From: Malacoraja senta
Taxonomy: Eukaryota
Assembly: GCA_038087875.1 (NCBI GenBank)
Contig: JAXLNO010000567.1
Location: forward strand, 62,001-100,156
Direction of reading: 5' to 3'
Length of the DNA stretch: 38,156 nt
Below, one piece after another: positions 34,750 to 38,156 of this stretch. Both the position numbers and the translations under genes were made by a program. The notes under the pieces were generated by a model that was not told the origin of the DNA, searched no databases, and saw only the letters and a program-made list of their open reading frames with translations. Position 1 is the first letter of the stretch. Every line of letters begins with the position of its first letter.

Positions 34750-35055
34750 ATAGTGGCGCAGCGGTAGAGTTGCTGCCTCACAGCGCCAGAGACCCTGGTT
34801 CGATCCTGACTACGGGTGCTGTGTGTACAGAGTTTGTACGTTCTCCCCATGACCCACGTGGGTTTTCCCCGGGATCTCCGGTTTCCTCCCACACTCCAAA
34901 GGCGTGCGGGTTTGTAGGTTAACTGGCTTTGGCAACAATTGTAAATTGTCCCTAGTGTGTGTCGGGTAGTGTTAGTGTGCGGGGATCGCTGGTCGGCGCG
35001 GACTCGGTGGGCCGAAGGGCCTGTTTCCGTGCTGTATCTCAAAACTAAACTAAAC
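34750..35055 (+). mobile_element. HE1-type tRNA-derived V-SINE, near full length
   Basis: A box TGGCGCAGCGG, B box GGTTCGATCC, V-domain GTTCTCCCC..GGTTTCCTCCCACACTCCAAA, CR1-like tail GGGCCGAAGGGCCTGTTTCC, (TAAAC)n end. Confidence 0.85.
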
Positions 35056-35795
35056 AGAGCTCTGGAAATTCCTCAATGAATCTCTCCAGCTTTCCCCCCT
35101 TTTATCAGGCCCTGTGATAATCCCACCTGCATGAAACAGAAATAATTAAAAGGTAGACACAAAAAGCAGGACTGGCAGCATCTCTGGAGAGAAGGAACGG
35201 TGACGTTTCAGGTCGAGACCCTTCATCAGTGCAGTGAAATTAAAATATACGCAGTTTTAATTCAATATTCATTACAAAATAAGGTGTCTTGATTCATGAA
35301 AAAAAAAAAGTGGCACTATTGAAAAACACTCCTCACAGTGTTAAATGAGATGTTGTTAAAGTGAATTTAATAGCTGTTTTTCAAAGTACTAAATTCCTTC
35401 AGCTACATGGTATTGACAGCACAGCCTATCTCGCCAATTAAGTGATCGATATGCAGAGACTAGAATAATTCCATTCATACACAATGTTTAAGAAAGAACT
35501 GCAGATGCTGGAAAAAATGAAGGTAGACAAAAATGCTGGAGAAACTCAGCGGGTGAGGGACTCCTTTGCCAGCATGTGATCCATCCTCCTCCATTCCATG
35601 CATATACATGTCCTTATCTAAACGCCTCATAAACATCACTATCATATCTGTCTCTACCAACAGCCCTGGCAGCAATCCCCTGGCACTCACCGCCCTCTGT
35701 GTGTAAATCTTGCCCCACACATCTCCTTTGTTTCTTTCAAAAAAAGACACAAGGTGCTGGAGGAACTCAGTGAGTCAGACACCATCTCTGGAGAA

Positions 35796-35913
35796 GGGTT
35801 TCGGCCCGAAACGTTGCCTATTTCCTTCGCTCCATAGATGCTGCTGCACCCGCTGAGTTTCTCCAGCATTTTTGCGTACCTTCGATTTTCCAGCATCTGC
35901 AGTTCCTTCTTTA
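35796..35913 (+). mobile_element. Single-arm Penelope-like insertion nested in an older copy
   Basis: 17-bp TSD ACACCATCTCTGGAGAA 35779-95 / 35914-30. Confidence 0.65.
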
Positions 35914-36269
35914 ACACCATCTCTGGAGAACTTGGATAGGAGGTGTTTCAGGTCATGTCCCTTCTTCAGACTAATGAGGACTTTGGGTCCTTTTTTGTTG
36001 AGGCCAATTCACTGGATGTTTTCAAGAGAGAGTTCGATTTAGCTCTTAGGACTAACAGAATCAAGGGATATGGGGAAAAAAGCAGGAACGGGGTACTGAT
36101 TTTGGATGATCAGCCATGATCATATTGAATGGTGGTGCTGGCTCGAAGGGCTGAATGGCTGACTGTGGCACCTATTTTCTATGTTTCTGGGTATAAAACA
36201 GCTTCTGCAGTTCCTTGTTTCTGCTCCTTCTATTCCCCTCTCATCTTAAAGTTATGCCCTCTAGTCTTA

Positions 36270-36479
36270 AGGGCCTGTCCCACTTGGCCTGTCATTTGCG
36301 CGTAAATTACGCGACATCGTTTCCGCGTCACGACGCACGACGCGCGCGACATGACACGCACGTGATGCGTGCTTGGTGCGCATACGCGCGCATGGTGCGC
36401 GATGATATGGGCAGTGACGCGCGGCGTTGCAGGATTTTGTGATGTGCAAAATCTTCGCGCGCCAAGTGGGACAGGCCCT
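36270..36479. mobile_element. PIF/Harbinger-like MITE in a CR1 fragment
   Basis: Perfect TIR AGGGCCTGTCCCACTTGGC; TTA TSD 36267-69 / 36480-82. Confidence 0.85.
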
Positions 36480-36609
36480 TTAGACATTTCCACCCTGGAA
36501 AAAGGTTCTGACTGTCCACCCTATCTATCCAAGCCTCTCATAATGTAACATGTGTTTGGTTGAGGTCTCCCCTCAGCTTCCAATGCTACATAGAAAACAA
36601 TACACATGT

Positions 36610-37746
36610 GTCCAACCTCTTGACTTATCCTCCCCCCTCCCCCCATCCTTCCCCCCCCCCCCGAAATCTGCTGCCCTGTACTAATCCACACCAAGCATCC
36701 ACCCTGTACTCACTGACCTACACTGGCTCATAGCTACATTTAATTTTAAAATGTCCTCCCCCCCCCCACTTAAAATCAACCCCGCGCTGCCTTCATAATC
36801 TCTTCCACCTTCCGCCATCTCTGCATTATTATAATTCTGACCTCAGTTGTAATCATCACCCCAAGGGTTACCTTCAATTCCTGAATTCCAAGCTTTCAAA
36901 TTCCCCCCTCCCCCAAATAAATAAATAAATAAATAAATAGATAAATAAATAACAGACAAATAAGTAAATAAATAGAAATCAATCAATCGATCAATGGAGG
37001 GAATTTGAAAGCTTGGAATTCATGAATAAATAAATAAATAAGCATTTAAACAGATAAATAAATAAACAGATAAATAAATAAATAAATATATATATTGTGT
37101 GTGTGGGATATATACACACATCTCTCTCGCTGTCCCTCACCTTCGCTATCCCACAACCCTCACTCTCAACTTACCCCTCCCTCAATTCCTTCTCTGTCTC
37201 TCCCCCTCTCTCACTCCTTCTCCTCCTCCCCCCCCCCCTCTCTCTCTCCCTCATTTTCCTTACAAGATAAAGAGAGGCCGTTTTGGCCTAGCGGATCTCT
37301 GCCAACTCAGAGTAGTCTCCTATTCTCCTGTCGATTACCACCACACCTATTCTACCCACGTCCTGTCACCCCCACCCCCCCACCCAGTTCCTACCACTTC
37401 CCTGCACTGCAGTAATGTTTTAAAGATGAACCTCGCTAGGCACAAGCCCACAGGATGTGGGAGGAAACCAGGGCACCCGGGGAAACCCACACTGTCACGG
37501 GGAGAATGTACAAACCCTGTACAGTCAGCATTTGAGGTCAGGTCTGAACCTGGTTCTCTCCTCCCCTAAAGCAGTCCTTCAAACCCATCTCTTTAGCTGA
37601 ATTACCATTCACTCTTGACTTGACTTGACCCCCTGTCTACTCCTGATAAGGCTTGGTGTCAGATTTGTCTTTACAAACACACTTGTGAAGCTCCTGCATT
37701 GTTTCGCTATGTAACGGCACAATATAAATGCAAGTTGTTGCTATTA
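36610..37746 (+). mobile_element. Old L2-clade 3' remnant, fragmented (36610-36912 and 37560-37746)
   Basis: TPVLTDLHWL-like motif near 36700-36730; tail TATAAATGCAAGTTGTTG. Confidence 0.5.
36914..37090. repeat. (AAAT)n microsatellite region
   Basis: Direct reading; interrupted at about 36995-37025. Confidence 0.9.
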
Positions 37747-37868
37747 TTAAGTGATGTAAATTGGGCATGACACTGGGGGACAGCCCCCTTTTTTTTCCTT
37801 TTCTTGGAAATATGACTTTTATTTCCATCCAACTGACTAGACAACACACCCACTAAAGTAAAACCCCA

Positions 37869-37959
37869 GGTACGCAAAAGTGCTGGAGAAACTCAGCGGG
37901 TGCAGCAGCATCTATGGAGCGAAGGAAATAGGCAACGTTTCGGGCCGAAACCCTTCTTC
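37869..37959 (-). mobile_element. Single-arm Penelope-like insertion
   Basis: 14-bp TSD AAAGTAAAACCCCA 37855-68 / 37960-73. Confidence 0.65.
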
Positions 37960-38156
37960 AAAGTAAAACCCCATGTCGCTGAGAGCGTGACATTCCCTGA
38001 ATACTTCTGACAACATTTACCTTGAGGAAACACACAAGCCCCCATCAACGTGTTCCAGCAATCAATGACGCTCGATGAATTTAAGTACGTATTAAGTACC
38101 TATTAGATGTTCATTGGTATCAGCTGTTCAGGGCCCTGTGAAAAGAAGAGCAATTA

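Noticed and set aside
34750..34820. tRNA genes at A/B-box sequences
   Set aside because: They are SINE heads followed by a V-domain and LINE-derived tail, with no complete cloverleaf evident.

Overview
Eukaryotic, repeat-saturated non-genic (intronic or intergenic) DNA from a cartilaginous fish, most likely a skate or ray. This is inferred from HE1-type tRNA/V-SINEs and their CR1/HER1-type LINE partners. No host protein-coding gene can be supported, and nearly all listed ORFs are transposon remnants or chance frames. The window contains a 5'-truncated Rex1/Babar LINE with one frameshift (27931-30407), many CR1, Rex1, L1, Tx1 and L2 fragments, TWA- and TTAA-flanked MITEs, and about 20 short Penelope-like insertions carrying a minimal hammerhead motif. 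The best find is three 133-165 bp retroposons (5453-5592 +, 16904-17036 +, 14924-15088 -) from two sequence-divergent families. Each begins exactly at G1 of a compact HDV-like self-cleaving ribozyme fold, has a 3' stem-loop and a (GAA)n tail, and shows no Pol III head. Two of the three have clear 10-12 bp target-site duplications. Helices P1, P2 and P3 covary between the families. All family names come from recognition by eye, not from database searches, and fragment boundaries are approximate unless a TSD is quoted.
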